A stretch of DNA of 64,000 nucleotides from an uncultured Pseudomonadota bacterium (GTDB lineage: Bacteria; Oederibacteriota; Muellerivitia; Muellerivitales; Muellerivitaceae), in assembly GCA_963770835.1 (NCBI GenBank), contig CAVYRH010000026.1:640001-704000 (forward strand), given 5' to 3'. Positions 48,290-59,613 of the stretch are shown here, in pieces. A program made the position numbers and the translations under genes. The number at the start of each line of letters is the position of its first letter. The stretch's first letter is position 1. The notes below the pieces were generated by a model. That model saw nothing but the letters and a program-made list of their open reading frames with translations, made no database searches and was not told where the DNA came from.

Positions 48290-50266
48290 ATGAAGAAGAC
48301 CCTTTTGTGCCTGATCTTGGGAGCGCTTTTAGGAATGACCCAGGCGGAGGCAAAGTTGAAGTTGCCCTCCATCATTGGCGACCACATGGTCCTGCAAAAG
48401 GGGACTCCTTCGGTTTGGGGATGGGCCGATCCGGGTGAAACCGTGACGGTGGCCTTAGGGAACAACGCCAAAACTGCCCAAGCGGATGACCAAGGACGTT
48501 GGAAGGTCTCCCTTGCCCTTCCCAGGGCCGGGGGGCCGTATGAAATGACCGTTTCGTCGGCGGGCGAATCAGTAACGATCGAGGACGTTTTGGTAGGTGA
48601 GGTTTGGCTGGGTTCGGGCCAATCGAACATGGAATTCGCCATGAAAACCTCCAGCGACGCCGACACGGAAATCCCGGCCGCCAATTTTCCTACGATCAGG
48701 CTTTTCACCGCGGCCCGGGTTGCCGCCTTTACACCCCTGGCCGATGTGCAAGGGTTCTGGAAAGTCTGTTCCCCAGATACAGTCGGGGATTTCTCAGCGG
48801 TGGCCTACCATTTTGGGAAAGAACTCCACAAGGCTTTCAAGAAGGTTCCCGTAGGGCTGATTGTCGCCGCCTGGGGAGGGTCGGGGGCGGAAGCCTGGAC
48901 GCCACGGGAAACACTGGAAAAGGACCCCGTTTTCACTCAGCTCATTGACCAATGGGACCACAATGAAAAGCAGATCAAGACCTGGAAAGAGGGGGACGAT
49001 TTCGAACTTTGGGTATCGGACATCCGTTTTATGCCGAAAGATCCTAAGGACAAACCGCTGACCGTGTCCGCCCAAACCGACCCCCAAAGCGTCGGCGGTC
49101 CCTGGCAAATTTCGGTCAAACCGGAGTGCCAAGGCGCCGTGACGGTCACCGACAAAGCCTTTTCGGGCCAAGGGCCCGCGGTAAGATTTTTCGGCGCGAT
49201 GAAGGGGGGCGGGTGGGGTACGCTTTCCTCTAATCTTTCGGCGCAAAACCGCCCGTTGGACCTAAGAAAGTATCAATCGGTTGAATTCTACATTAAGGGA
49301 AAGGGACAGTACCGGGTTTCGTTGGGGCAGCCTTCCATTTTGGATTACGACTTTTATGCCTCCAAAGACCCTTTCGACGCGCCGGTCTCTTGGACGAAGA
49401 TGCATTTTGACATCGCTGATTTGAAACAGGGGGGCTGGGGAGGGCCTAAGCCTTTCACGGCGGACACAGTTATTTCCCTTAACTTCCCGATACAGGTGCC
49501 CTATTGGCCCGATGTCGTGGCGGCTTGTTACGACGGCATGGCCGCACCCCTCACGCCTTATACCATCCGGGGGGTTCTTTGGTACCAGGGAGAGTCCAAT
49601 ACCGGGCGGGCCAGCCAATACCACCAGCTTCTTTCGGATCTCATCACCAGCTGGCGGAGGGCCTGGGGCGAGGATTTTCCTTTCCTCATTATCCAGCTTC
49701 CCAATTTTATGGCGGCTCAGGACAATCCTTCCGAGAGCCAGTGGGCCGAACTGCGTGAAGCCCAACTTCAAACTTCCCAAACCGTTCCGAAAACCGGCCT
49801 TATCACCACCATCGACCTGGGTGAGGCGAACAACATCCACCCGAAGGAGAAGACTGACGTGGGTCACCGGGCCGCTTTGGCGGCTTTGGGTGTGGCCTAT
49901 CACCGGAGTACGGTTTATTCCGGACCATCCCTTCTTTCAACGAAATTGAAGGGTGCTCAGGTAGTATTGAAATTCGGGAACACGGGCAAGGGACTCATGG
50001 CCAAGGGTGGGGGATCATTGAAAGGCTTTGCTATTGCGGGCGCGGACCAAAAGTTTTATTGGGCCACGGCCGAAATAAAGGGCGAGACGGTGGTGGTTTT
50101 CAACGAACAAGTTCCCGATCCGGAGGTCGTGCGTTATGGCTGGGCCGATAATCCCGTTTGCAATCTTTACAACTTTGAGGGATTGCCGGCTTCACCTTTT
50201 CAATATTCTTTTCCGCCGAAGCCTGGAGCCAAGGCGGCAACCGATGGGATTCCTCCGCCCCCCTGA
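48290..50266 (+). CDS. Sialate O-acetylesterase (SASA/SGNH) family esterase with an inserted carbohydrate-binding-like domain
   Basis: GDHMVLQ, GEVWLGSGQSNM, FSAVAY.FG, WGGS..EAW, GVLWYQGESN, IHP.EK, VRYGW..NP. Confidence 0.9.
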   Translation: MKKTLLCLILGALLGMTQAEAKLKLPSIIGDHMVLQKGTPSVWGWADPGETVTVALGNNAKTAQADDQGRWKVSLALPRAGGPYEMTVSSAGESVTIEDVLVGEVWLGSGQSNMEFAMKTSSDADTEIPAANFPTIRLFTAARVAAFTPLADVQGFWKVCSPDTVGDFSAVAYHFGKELHKAFKKVPVGLIVAAWGGSGAEAWTPRETLEKDPVFTQLIDQWDHNEKQIKTWKEGDDFELWVSDIRFMPKDPKDKPLTVSAQTDPQSVGGPWQISVKPECQGAVTVTDKAFSGQGPAVRFFGAMKGGGWGTLSSNLSAQNRPLDLRKYQSVEFYIKGKGQYRVSLGQPSILDYDFYASKDPFDAPVSWTKMHFDIADLKQGGWGGPKPFTADTVISLNFPIQVPYWPDVVAACYDGMAAPLTPYTIRGVLWYQGESNTGRASQYHQLLSDLITSWRRAWGEDFPFLIIQLPNFMAAQDNPSESQWAELREAQLQTSQTVPKTGLITTIDLGEANNIHPKEKTDVGHRAALAALGVAYHRSTVYSGPSLLSTKLKGAQVVLKFGNTGKGLMAKGGGSLKGFAIAGADQKFYWATAEIKGETVVVFNEQVPDPEVVRYGWADNPVCNLYNFEGLPASPFQYSFPPKPGAKAATDGIPPPP

Positions 50267-50276
50267 TGCCTGGAGA

Positions 50277-51539
50277 TTATTTTTTTGAAGACTCTTCCAA
50301 GAGCTCCTTGGCTTGGAGGACCAGGGGATGGTCCGGCGGAAAAAAGAGCTCCAAATCGGACAAGGCTTCCTTCCGATCGTTTTTGGCCTTACCCTTCTGG
50401 CCCAAAGCGGATTCGATTTCAGCCAATTGCATGAGATCCAGTGCCACTTGGGGATGGTGGGGGCCTAGGACGGACTTCTCTGTTTGAATGATTTTTTTCA
50501 ACAAATCCGCCGCTGACTTGTTGTCTCCGGTCGCCCGATAAGCCCTAACTAACCTATTCATATGAGGAAGAGCTTGATAGTCGTAGTCCGTGCCGACGAG
50601 TTGTCGGGCAATTTTGAGGGCGGACTCGTAAAGCGGACGGCCTTTGTCACCCGAACCGTGACTATCGTAGAAATCGGCAAGGTTTTCCATCCCATCCACC
50701 ACTTCGATGCTGTCGGATGCAAAATTCTTTTGAGCGGTTTCCAAAGCCTTTTCTAGGCAGGATTGGGCCTGGGAGAAGTTTTGCTGAGCGGAATAGGACT
50801 CCGCCAAATTTTTCCATAGGCTGATGCAAAAGGCTGGTTTCGGAGGGTGAGCCTTTTCAAGGCTTTTTAGGGCTTCTCGAAAAAGGGTTTGGGCTTCGGC
50901 TTGGTTTTTCAAGGCCTGCTCAATCCGCCCCAGGAGGTACTGGGAAGGGGATAGGGATTGGTTCCCAGACCCATCTATTGTTCGCAATGCCAGGGCCCTT
51001 TTTTCGAGTAATTCGGCCTCCCGCAGACGATTCAAGTCAATGTACAAAGCGGCCAAGTGATCAAGGGAATCCGCCAATTTCGGGTCATCAGGCCCCAGAT
51101 TTCTTTCCTGAAGCGCCAAGCCCCATTTAAAGTTTTGCTCCGAATCGCCGTATTCGGCGAGGTGCCATTGCAGTGTTGCCTCATCATTGAGGATGGGGAC
51201 CAATGAAAGGCTCGTCGCACCATGTTCGTCCTGGGCGATCTTGAGGGCCGATTTCTCGTCTTGAAGGGCTTCGGAAAAAGCTCCTTCCTTAACGGAATTG
51301 AGGGCGCTGATCCTGGCCGTTACAAATACGCTGGTATCCATCATGGGTTCCGCGGCAAAGGCCCTCGTTTGGGTTAAGCCCCCCATGGCCCCTATCAGAA
51401 AGAAATATCCCATGGAGACCCTGAAAATTGTCTTTTCCAAGACCGAGATGATGGAGAAATCTTTCTTTAATATTAGGAAGAGGGGGCTGGATATAAGGGG
51501 GACCGGTTTTGGCCATGCGAAATCCAAGGAAAATTTCAT
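50277..51539 (-). CDS. TPR-repeat protein (TPR_12 style)
   Basis: LGPDDP.LADSL..LA.LY, LGPHHPQVA..L..LA repeats; ATGA overlap with the upstream gene. Confidence 0.85.
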   Translation of the reverse strand: MKFSLDFAWPKPVPLISSPLFLILKKDFSIISVLEKTIFRVSMGYFFLIGAMGGLTQTRAFAAEPMMDTSVFVTARISALNSVKEGAFSEALQDEKSALKIAQDEHGATSLSLVPILNDEATLQWHLAEYGDSEQNFKWGLALQERNLGPDDPKLADSLDHLAALYIDLNRLREAELLEKRALALRTIDGSGNQSLSPSQYLLGRIEQALKNQAEAQTLFREALKSLEKAHPPKPAFCISLWKNLAESYSAQQNFSQAQSCLEKALETAQKNFASDSIEVVDGMENLADFYDSHGSGDKGRPLYESALKIARQLVGTDYDYQALPHMNRLVRAYRATGDNKSAADLLKKIIQTEKSVLGPHHPQVALDLMQLAEIESALGQKGKAKNDRKEALSDLELFFPPDHPLVLQAKELLEESSKK

Positions 51540-52762
51540 TTCGTAAGATCCTCTTGGGATTGATCCATCAGCGGTTCCGGGGTGGGGACCGGCTCGTATT
51601 CCATTTGCAGTGGAGGGGGGCAATTAGGACCGATTACCACCACATTGGCATCCCTTTCGAATTCATCCAACCAATGGGCGGGACTTCCACCATCCAAAGA
51701 ATAAACCAATCTGGAAAGATGGGGCCCTCCATCGAAGGTTAATTCAGCAGCTTCAGCCAAACCGCCCGAATTTCCGACATCGGATAGCACATAACAATCG
51801 TCACAACCCGGAAAATCCTTGGAAGCCCGGCCCGAATCGGTTTGGAACACCAGGTACCAGCACTCCGGCGAAAAATTCGACTTTGACTTGTCGGCAAAGC
51901 CAATGGTCACCCATTGAAACTCGGAAGGAGTTTGATCCGGGCTCAAGGCCACCGCCGAGTAAATCGGGGTCGTCTTATGGATTTGAAAAAAGTTCTTCAA
52001 GATGGAGTAATTCAAGGGCGAAGTGGGGGTTCCTTGTTTCCGTACACGGATAGCGAAAGCAGTAGCGGCGTAACCACAATGGAAATGCAAGGCTTGCCCT
52101 TGCAGAACTTGCCGGGATTTATCAGTAGAATCCCCGTCCCCATAGATGGGCCGTACTCCCGGATCATCGTATGGGTTTCCCTGAAGGCCATTTCCAGCCC
52201 CGTAAAGGGCATATATGGGCTCTTGGTTCAATTGCCGCCACCGGCTTCCTTCATATAAAAGGACATTGGTATTTAGGTCGGGTGTTCCGTCGCTGCAATG
52301 AAGATGGTTTGGGACGTCAGTCGATAAGAAAGAAGCAAAATTGGAAGGGCCGATCACGCCTACCGGATGGCCTCCGCCGCGTAATGTATCTTGCTCTACT
52401 ACTAAATGATAAATGCTCCCTTTTGATAAATGAACGCGCGCCAGGGGTAGGGTGATCCAGCTTTTCGGTCGAGGTATGAAATGGGACGAGGCCAGCGGTG
52501 TCCCAGTGGGATGGCCATGGTCGTCCTCTTGGAGGCTTACGAGATAGGCGGGAGGTTTTTCCGCTTCTAAGCAATAAACCGAGGCGGCGGCCAGATCCAT
52601 GTCTTCTTGACAGGTGAACCGGTATGAGATCTTTTTGCTGGACGAATCCAGCGCGTTTGAAAGTCTTTGGTTCGCCACGAACCGGTTGCCAAAATCAGCT
52701 TGGGCTGGGAGGGTTACGGACAGGGAAATAATGGTTAAGAGTAAGGCTTTTTGAAAACACAT
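51536..52762 (-). CDS. Secreted hypothetical beta-rich protein
   Basis: Signal peptide ending AQA-D; 408-aa ORF coupled to the TPR gene. Confidence 0.7.
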   Translation of the reverse strand: MCFQKALLLTIISLSVTLPAQADFGNRFVANQRLSNALDSSSKKISYRFTCQEDMDLAAASVYCLEAEKPPAYLVSLQEDDHGHPTGTPLASSHFIPRPKSWITLPLARVHLSKGSIYHLVVEQDTLRGGGHPVGVIGPSNFASFLSTDVPNHLHCSDGTPDLNTNVLLYEGSRWRQLNQEPIYALYGAGNGLQGNPYDDPGVRPIYGDGDSTDKSRQVLQGQALHFHCGYAATAFAIRVRKQGTPTSPLNYSILKNFFQIHKTTPIYSAVALSPDQTPSEFQWVTIGFADKSKSNFSPECWYLVFQTDSGRASKDFPGCDDCYVLSDVGNSGGLAEAAELTFDGGPHLSRLVYSLDGGSPAHWLDEFERDANVVVIGPNCPPPLQMEYEPVPTPEPLMDQSQEDLTK

Positions 52763-53285
52763 GTTCCAATCCTAACACAAAGAGCTGGTTTCACCGTGAG
52801 TCGGACTTTTGCCGATGAGGTTTATTTTTTTCACAGGGGGTAGTTCGACCAAGATTCAAAATATATTTTTAAAAGAATGATTATTTCGGCCTTGGATTGC
52901 ATGTGAAAAAAATGGGGAGATGTTTTTTGAATTTAAAATCATCCCAATAAAAAGTCATTGGATGGACATGGTGAGGATTTTGAAACTGATTTAGCCGGGG
53001 AAAAGAGTGAGACAAATCATATTTCGAGTGAAAAATGATGAAATATTTTCCTTAAAAAGCTGTCGTTTTACTGTCTAGATTTAATGTTAAATCAAAGATA
53101 TCAAAAAGAATGAATTTGGCTTTATTAACCACTTAGCGTTTCAAAAGTGCTAAAATTGATTCAAGGAAGTATTTTCATTGCTTTTACAGATTTTATTAAC
53201 GCGAAACCAGAAATATAAATTAAGCCAAAAGTGAGTTTTCGAATCTGGCTTAAAACGATTTTTGAAATAAATCGGCACGAGGCTA

Positions 53286-56200
53286 ATGAAAACAAAAAAA
53301 CAAAATCCATTTTTAACCGGTTCACTACCCGGGGGGTGGAGATCGCTCTTCGGCAAAGCCCTTGTATTTGTTTTTTCAGCCCTCCTTTTTCCAAATCTTG
53401 TTCAAGCCCAAGTCCTAGGTAGCGCCAACCTGTGTAATTCGGGCAGCGGTCCGACCACCTACGATGCAACCACCACAACTTACACTCTTAGCGGAACGGG
53501 TGCCTGCGGTTATCAAGCGGGAACTTTTGATCCGAATTACTACGCGGCTATTGACGGCACCAGTGGTTATGGGGGGGATTACCAGGATGCCGAGATCTGC
53601 GGAGCCTGCGTGGCGGCCCACTACGGTTCCAATGCTGTAACAGTCATGATCATCGACAATTGCTCCACTTGCACGAACTCAAACCAGTTGGACCTGGGTC
53701 CCGTTCCGTTCCAAGCTTTAACTGGTAATACCACTGGAAATTATCCGGTCACATGGAATTTCGTTCCTTGCCCGTTGAGCTTGATGACCGGAGATTCCTC
53801 GGGCAAAATCGAGTACCAATGGAAGTCGGGTTGCAGCGCCACTTACGATCCGATCCAATTCCTTGATAATTTGTTTCCAATAACCGGGGTGAGTTGGGGA
53901 ACCAGCAGCACCGGACCTTTTACCGCACTCCAATCAGATTACAACAACGTCGGCGGGAACGCCTACTGGTCCAATTCGGGACAGAATCTCAATTCCACAA
54001 CCGGGCCTTTTTATTTTGTCCTGACCGACGCCCAAGGCGGGTCAGTCACCTTGGGCCCCATTTCCGAAGCGGACTGCGCCGTGACCCACAGTGCCAGTGT
54101 GCAGCTGCCCGGTTGCGGGGCCACCAACACCCCCGGCCCAACATCGACCTTCACCAACACCCCTGGAGCTCTTACGGCTACACCCACTTCCGGAGGAGCA
54201 CTCACGGCCACACCCACTTCGAGCGGTTCCACTGTGGTGAATGGAATCACTTTCGCGAGCTGTTCCTCAGGCAATCCCTCGCCGGGTTACTCGCTCAGCC
54301 AGAATACGGTGGCCTCCGGCATAGGGTTGGATTACGCAGTCGCAGGGGGCGAGTGCGGTCAACCGCTAACCGTGACCCTGCCAGCGGGCGCCACACCTGT
54401 AACAGCTTATCTCTATGTGGAGTACGATATCGGCAGCGATACCGGATCGCTTAACAATTCGGCCGTCGGATTCGGCTCCAACACCACCCCCGCCGGGGTC
54501 GTGGACGGTGCGCCAGTGACCTGGACCGTTTTCCAAAACATCTACTACAACATCCGCTACGGCATCAATCCTTCTTGGATCACGGGCGGTGGAGGGGGTG
54601 GAAGCCAGACCACTTACACCGTCAACACTTCGGCCAATCCCAACACCTGCAAGGGCGAATCGTTGATGGTGCTTTACACCAATCCGACGGAAACCAGCAT
54701 GAACTATGTCTCTATCGCCGACGGAAACAACGCCTGGCACGCGGAGGAGAATAACACGATCACCGCAGGGAACGGCGTGGCCCCGCCCGACGCGCAATTA
54801 AATTGGTCCTGCATGAATCCGTCCTGCTCCAATAGCAGCCTGAAATTCTCGTCCTTGGGCGGGAGGGATAATTGTAATGACGGTGCGCTTGACGGGGATG
54901 AGGACCAGATCGAGGCTTATGGGCAAGGCGGCGTTACCTGCGGCCAAGGTTCGGAGAACGGGAATGGTGGGGGATGCGGAGGACCGCCGAACACCTTGTG
55001 GAGCGGCCCGCCGGGCGTGCTGAATTGCGGCGGAACCAATACACCCGGCGACTATGACCGGACCTATAACCTAGGTAATTTCCAAGGTGGCGCTACTAGT
55101 TTGGAATGGGGATTCAATATGCAGGAGCAAAATGCCAAGGCGAGCTTCTGGCAGCAGGCCCTGGTGTCGCAGTACCAATGCAACCCTACTCAGCAATGTT
55201 CGGTGACGCAGGCGTTCAACCAAAATTTCATCCAATCGGGCTGGGTACAGGGGACCGTTACCTTCGGCCAGGGTCCCTGGGGTGAAAGTTCGTCCGGGGT
55301 TTCCTTCAGCGGGGGATGCAACGGCAAGAATAACTTTTTAATCAACACGAACGTCACAAGTGGGCCCGGTACCCTACAGGTTTCCATGTGCACGAACAAC
55401 AACGGCGGCAATTTCAGCGGCTTGGTCTTCGGGTATAATACCACCACGGGCAACGGTTACGGCCTGCAGTTTTATAACAACGGCTCAGGGAACCCCGGGG
55501 AGTTGTTGTGGGTTCAATATACGGGGGGGGCTTCCTCCACCCTTAACACGACGAACCTCGCGAATGGTGCGTTTAACGGCTGCCCTTATTGGGTGGAAGT
55601 GGATGTGAACGCTTCCTGCCAGTATTCGGTGAAGATCGCCTCCACGCAGGCGGGGTTGTCGTCAGCGCCGGTGACGGCCACCTATACGGGAGGCAGTTGT
55701 ACCACCGGGTACATGGGATTGAGCGCGAACAATTGCGAAAACTCGATCTTCCAGTCCTTCCAATTCACCGGCAATTGTTCCACCCCCACCCCTACCAACA
55801 CGCCTACCAGGACGCCGACACCGACGGCTACCCAAACGGCCACCTCGAGCGCAACGTCAAGCGCTACCTCTACGACTACAAGGACCGCGACCGCCTCGGC
55901 CACCTCCAGCGCCACGAGGACTGCCACTCAGACGGCTACCGCTAGTACGACATCAAGTGCTACGGCCACGGCGACTTCTTCAGCCACCTCTAGTGCGACA
56001 TCGAGTGCCACTGCTTCGGCGACCGCCTCGGCCACCTCCAGCGCCACCTCCAGTGCCACGAGGACTGCCACCCAGACGGCTACCGCTAGTACGACATCAA
56101 GTGCTACGGCCACGGCGACTTCTTCAGCCACCTCTAGTGCGACATCGAGCGCTACTGCTTCGGCGACGGCGTCAGCGACCTCAAGCGCCAGTTCCACAAC

Positions 56201-59111
56201 CACTAGAACTGCCACTCAAACCACCACTATGACGACCACTTCCAGTGAGACCTCTAGCGCGACGGCAACAGCGACGGCTTCCGCCACCTCTACTTTCTCA
56301 ACTACCTCGACAGGGACTTCCTCCGCCACTTCCACCGCAAGCGCCACAGGCACCTCTACGCCTGTTTTCACCAACACGCCTACCCGGACGACCACACAAA
56401 CGGCTACTACAACGGCCACTTCATCCGCAACTTCCACTGCCACTTCCACCGCCACTTCAACCAGCACTTCCACTAATTCCGCCACTTTCACCGCTACTTC
56501 CACAGCCACCAACACCGCTACCAGCACCAGTACAGCCACCAGCACGGCTACTAAAACGGCCACCAATACCGCTACCAACACCACGACGGCGACCTTCACA
56601 CCCACCTTGACGCCGACCAATACCCCAACCCTTACCCCCACCAACACTTACACTGTCACTGATACCTTTACGGCCACCAATACCGCCACCGTGACCCCCA
56701 CCAACACCAATACAGCCATCATCACCCCCACGTCCACTTCCACCGCCACCAACACGGCGACTTCTACCCATACTTCAACCTTTACCATGACCTCCACGGC
56801 CACTAATACCGCCACCTCCACGGCCACCGCAACCGCCACCAACACCACGACGGCGACCTTCACACCCACCCTGACGCCGACCAATACCCCAACCCTTACC
56901 CCCACCAACACTTACACCGTCACTGATACCTTTACGGCCACCAATACCGCCACCGTGACCCTCACCAACACGAATACAGCCATCATCACCCCCACGTCCA
57001 CTTCCACCGCCACCAACACGGCGACTTCTACCCATACTTCAACCTTTACCATGACCTCCACGGCCACTGCAACCGCCACCAACAGCCCCGTCTTTACCTT
57101 TACTCCCAGCAATACACCGACCAATTCGCCCACCAACACCTCCACGGGAACCCCGACACCCACCCGCACCCCGACCAACACAGCCACAAATACCCCAACC
57201 TTCACAGCCACCAATACTGCCGTGTTTACCTTTACACCCACGAATACCCCGACGAACACGGCCACTAATACAGCTACATCCACCGCCACCAATACCCCCA
57301 TCTCTACATTTACGCCGACCAATACCCCGACGAACACAGCCACTAACACGCCCACTGCCACATCCACGAATACCTATACACCCACCAATACCGCCACCCA
57401 AACCCCCACTTCCACCGCCACCAGCACCTACACCGCAACGAACACCCTTACAGCGACGAATACTCACACCAACACGGCTACAACCACCCCCACCAACTCC
57501 CCCATCTTCACTAACACTTCGACCTCCACTGCCACTTTGACCCCCACCAGCACGGCCACCAGTACCTTTACCGCCACGGGTACTCCCACCCACACCACAA
57601 CTTCAACAGCCACCAACACGGCTACCCATACCGCAACAGCGACCTATACCCCCACCAACAGCCCCACCGCCACAATGACGAATACGCCCACATCCACTTT
57701 TACCGCCACCGATACCTTTACGGCCACGAAGACCGCAACCAACACGGCCACCTCGACCGCCACTTATACGCCCACCACCACCTATACCTTCACTGCCACC
57801 TCCACGCCGACCAATACCTTTACGCCTACGCCGGATGTTGAAATCAGCAAGGTTTCTTCGGAGACGGTGGCTAAGAGCAGGGATGTGATCACCTATACCA
57901 TTACCTTGAACGTTCCCGTGGGCCCAGTTATGGGGGTGACGGTGTCCGACGTTCTGCCGAGCTACTTGAGTTTCCAAAGCTATGGGGCCGTCCCTGCGGG
58001 AGGGACGACTTTCGCGCCAAATGGCCAGATCTTGATGTGGAGTTTCCCGTCCCTCCCGGTCGGGACAACAACTCTGACCTACCAGGCACAGGTGAGTAAT
58101 TACGTCCCGCAAGGGACGATCCTGACGAACAACGCGCAAGTGACCTACGCGGGCCTTACCAGCCCGAAGAAGGCGTCGGTGAACGTGGCGATGGCGGTGG
58201 AATACACCGTCAAGGTGGGGGTCTATAACTCGGCCGGAGAATTGGTGAAACAAATCTGGGTGCAAGAATTGTCGCAACAGATCACGAACTTCAGCCTACT
58301 GCAGACACCCACCATCACGAGCCTCCATGGAGTGGTGTACGTGGAAGTAAACGGCCAGCAGATCGCTACCTGGGATGGGACCAACCAGGCGGGAGACCCG
58401 GTGAGTAACGGTGTTTACTACGTCAAGGTGGATAATATTGATCCCTATGGTGTGGATACGAGTGTGTCGGAGACGGTGACGGTAAGCCGGTCGATCGCGA
58501 AGATCCAAGTGAACATCTACAACGAGGCTGGGGAAGTTATAAAGCATCTTTACGCCTATTCGGACGACCCAGGAAACATGAACCTGGGGGATGTGGCGTT
58601 TTCCAGCAGCGTGATCAAGCCGACGGTGGGGACGCCAACCTCCAACGGCACCAGCGATTTGACCTTAACCTTCCCGAACGGGGTGACGGTGACCTGGGAT
58701 GGGACCAATGACAATGGTCAAATCGTGACCGACGGGACCTACGAGGTGGAAGTGAATTGGACAGACGGGAAGGGCGGGCAACAAGTGACCACGCATAATG
58801 TGACGGTAGAGAGAGGGAATAATTCGCCGGCGGGTGGGAACGTGTTCGCCTACCCGAATATCCTGAAGGGCGGAACGATGTCGGTGACGGTGCGGATCAA
58901 TTCGAGCCTGAGCCTGACGCTCACGGCCAGTGTCTATGACGTGGCGGGCGAACTGGTGAAGAGGCCGGTGACAGGCCAGGTGGGAATCGGGACAGCGTCG
59001 GTGGATGTTTCGGGCTTGGCCAGCGGGCTTTATTTCATAGTGGTGGACTTAGCGGACACCAACGGCCACCTGATCCAGAAACAAGTGACCCAGATCGTGA
59101 TTGAACGGTAA
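53286..59111 (+). CDS. Giant secreted protein: expansin-like N-terminus, Cys/Gly-rich beta domains, Thr/Ser stalk, DUF11, two FlgD-Ig-like domains, T9SS-like tail
   Basis: [24 protein letters not shown]...QLDL...[14 protein letters not shown] twice; tail AYPN...[12 protein letters not shown]. Confidence 0.85.
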   Translation: MKTKKQNPFLTGSLPGGWRSLFGKALVFVFSALLFPNLVQAQVLGSANLCNSGSGPTTYDATTTTYTLSGTGACGYQAGTFDPNYYAAIDGTSGYGGDYQDAEICGACVAAHYGSNAVTVMIIDNCSTCTNSNQLDLGPVPFQALTGNTTGNYPVTWNFVPCPLSLMTGDSSGKIEYQWKSGCSATYDPIQFLDNLFPITGVSWGTSSTGPFTALQSDYNNVGGNAYWSNSGQNLNSTTGPFYFVLTDAQGGSVTLGPISEADCAVTHSASVQLPGCGATNTPGPTSTFTNTPGALTATPTSGGALTATPTSSGSTVVNGITFASCSSGNPSPGYSLSQNTVASGIGLDYAVAGGECGQPLTVTLPAGATPVTAYLYVEYDIGSDTGSLNNSAVGFGSNTTPAGVVDGAPVTWTVFQNIYYNIRYGINPSWITGGGGGGSQTTYTVNTSANPNTCKGESLMVLYTNPTETSMNYVSIADGNNAWHAEENNTITAGNGVAPPDAQLNWSCMNPSCSNSSLKFSSLGGRDNCNDGALDGDEDQIEAYGQGGVTCGQGSENGNGGGCGGPPNTLWSGPPGVLNCGGTNTPGDYDRTYNLGNFQGGATSLEWGFNMQEQNAKASFWQQALVSQYQCNPTQQCSVTQAFNQNFIQSGWVQGTVTFGQGPWGESSSGVSFSGGCNGKNNFLINTNVTSGPGTLQVSMCTNNNGGNFSGLVFGYNTTTGNGYGLQFYNNGSGNPGELLWVQYTGGASSTLNTTNLANGAFNGCPYWVEVDVNASCQYSVKIASTQAGLSSAPVTATYTGGSCTTGYMGLSANNCENSIFQSFQFTGNCSTPTPTNTPTRTPTPTATQTATSSATSSATSTTTRTATASATSSATRTATQTATASTTSSATATATSSATSSATSSATASATASATSSATSSATRTATQTATASTTSSATATATSSATSSATSSATASATASATSSASSTTTRTATQTTTMTTTSSETSSATATATASATSTFSTTSTGTSSATSTASATGTSTPVFTNTPTRTTTQTATTTATSSATSTATSTATSTSTSTNSATFTATSTATNTATSTSTATSTATKTATNTATNTTTATFTPTLTPTNTPTLTPTNTYTVTDTFTATNTATVTPTNTNTAIITPTSTSTATNTATSTHTSTFTMTSTATNTATSTATATATNTTTATFTPTLTPTNTPTLTPTNTYTVTDTFTATNTATVTLTNTNTAIITPTSTSTATNTATSTHTSTFTMTSTATATATNSPVFTFTPSNTPTNSPTNTSTGTPTPTRTPTNTATNTPTFTATNTAVFTFTPTNTPTNTATNTATSTATNTPISTFTPTNTPTNTATNTPTATSTNTYTPTNTATQTPTSTATSTYTATNTLTATNTHTNTATTTPTNSPIFTNTSTSTATLTPTSTATSTFTATGTPTHTTTSTATNTATHTATATYTPTNSPTATMTNTPTSTFTATDTFTATKTATNTATSTATYTPTTTYTFTATSTPTNTFTPTPDVEISKVSSETVAKSRDVITYTITLNVPVGPVMGVTVSDVLPSYLSFQSYGAVPAGGTTFAPNGQILMWSFPSLPVGTTTLTYQAQVSNYVPQGTILTNNAQVTYAGLTSPKKASVNVAMAVEYTVKVGVYNSAGELVKQIWVQELSQQITNFSLLQTPTITSLHGVVYVEVNGQQIATWDGTNQAGDPVSNGVYYVKVDNIDPYGVDTSVSETVTVSRSIAKIQVNIYNEAGEVIKHLYAYSDDPGNMNLGDVAFSSSVIKPTVGTPTSNGTSDLTLTFPNGVTVTWDGTNDNGQIVTDGTYEVEVNWTDGKGGQQVTTHNVTVERGNNSPAGGNVFAYPNILKGGTMSVTVRINSSLSLTLTASVYDVAGELVKRPVTGQVGIGTASVDVSGLASGLYFIVVDLADTNGHLIQKQVTQIVIER
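56565..57085 (+). repeat. 264-bp intragenic tandem duplication in the stalk (boundaries approximate)
   Basis: [38 protein letters not shown]...[15 protein letters not shown] occurs twice, nearly identical in DNA. Confidence 0.85.
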
Positions 59112-59613
59112 TTTCCGAGAGGGCTTTTAAAGAAAGTCATCGTAGAGAAATCTAGTGCAGATTCCTTGCCATCAAACGAAATGAAAAAGCCGAATTCCCC
59201 CCGAAAATCCAGGTTTGAATAAGGTTTCCCAATTTAACCGCGCGCTGGATCGAAATGAATCCATTAACTCTCGGGTTCGAAACGCGGATTGGATCCTTAG
59301 TGAAATCCACCCCCCATACTTACAACCGAATAACTGTTGGTGTTTGGCTAAGAAGAATATTAAAGTTTCAAGTTTAACGAGAAGCTTGGATAAAACCCTT
59401 CCCATAATTTCGTTTGGCGAGATTACAAAAGATCTTGGATTAATAAAAAGTAAGAAATTGTGGGATAATTCGCCGTAAGGGAAGAGTCGACCGTCCTGAA
59501 AAAATCATTCTGAGGTTTTTCTGAATTTGCCCGTATCCCCTAAAGCTTTTTGGGGGCCCTAGGCTTTTCTAGGGTTTCTGTAATACAAATTCTTTACTGA
59601 GACACGTTTAAAA

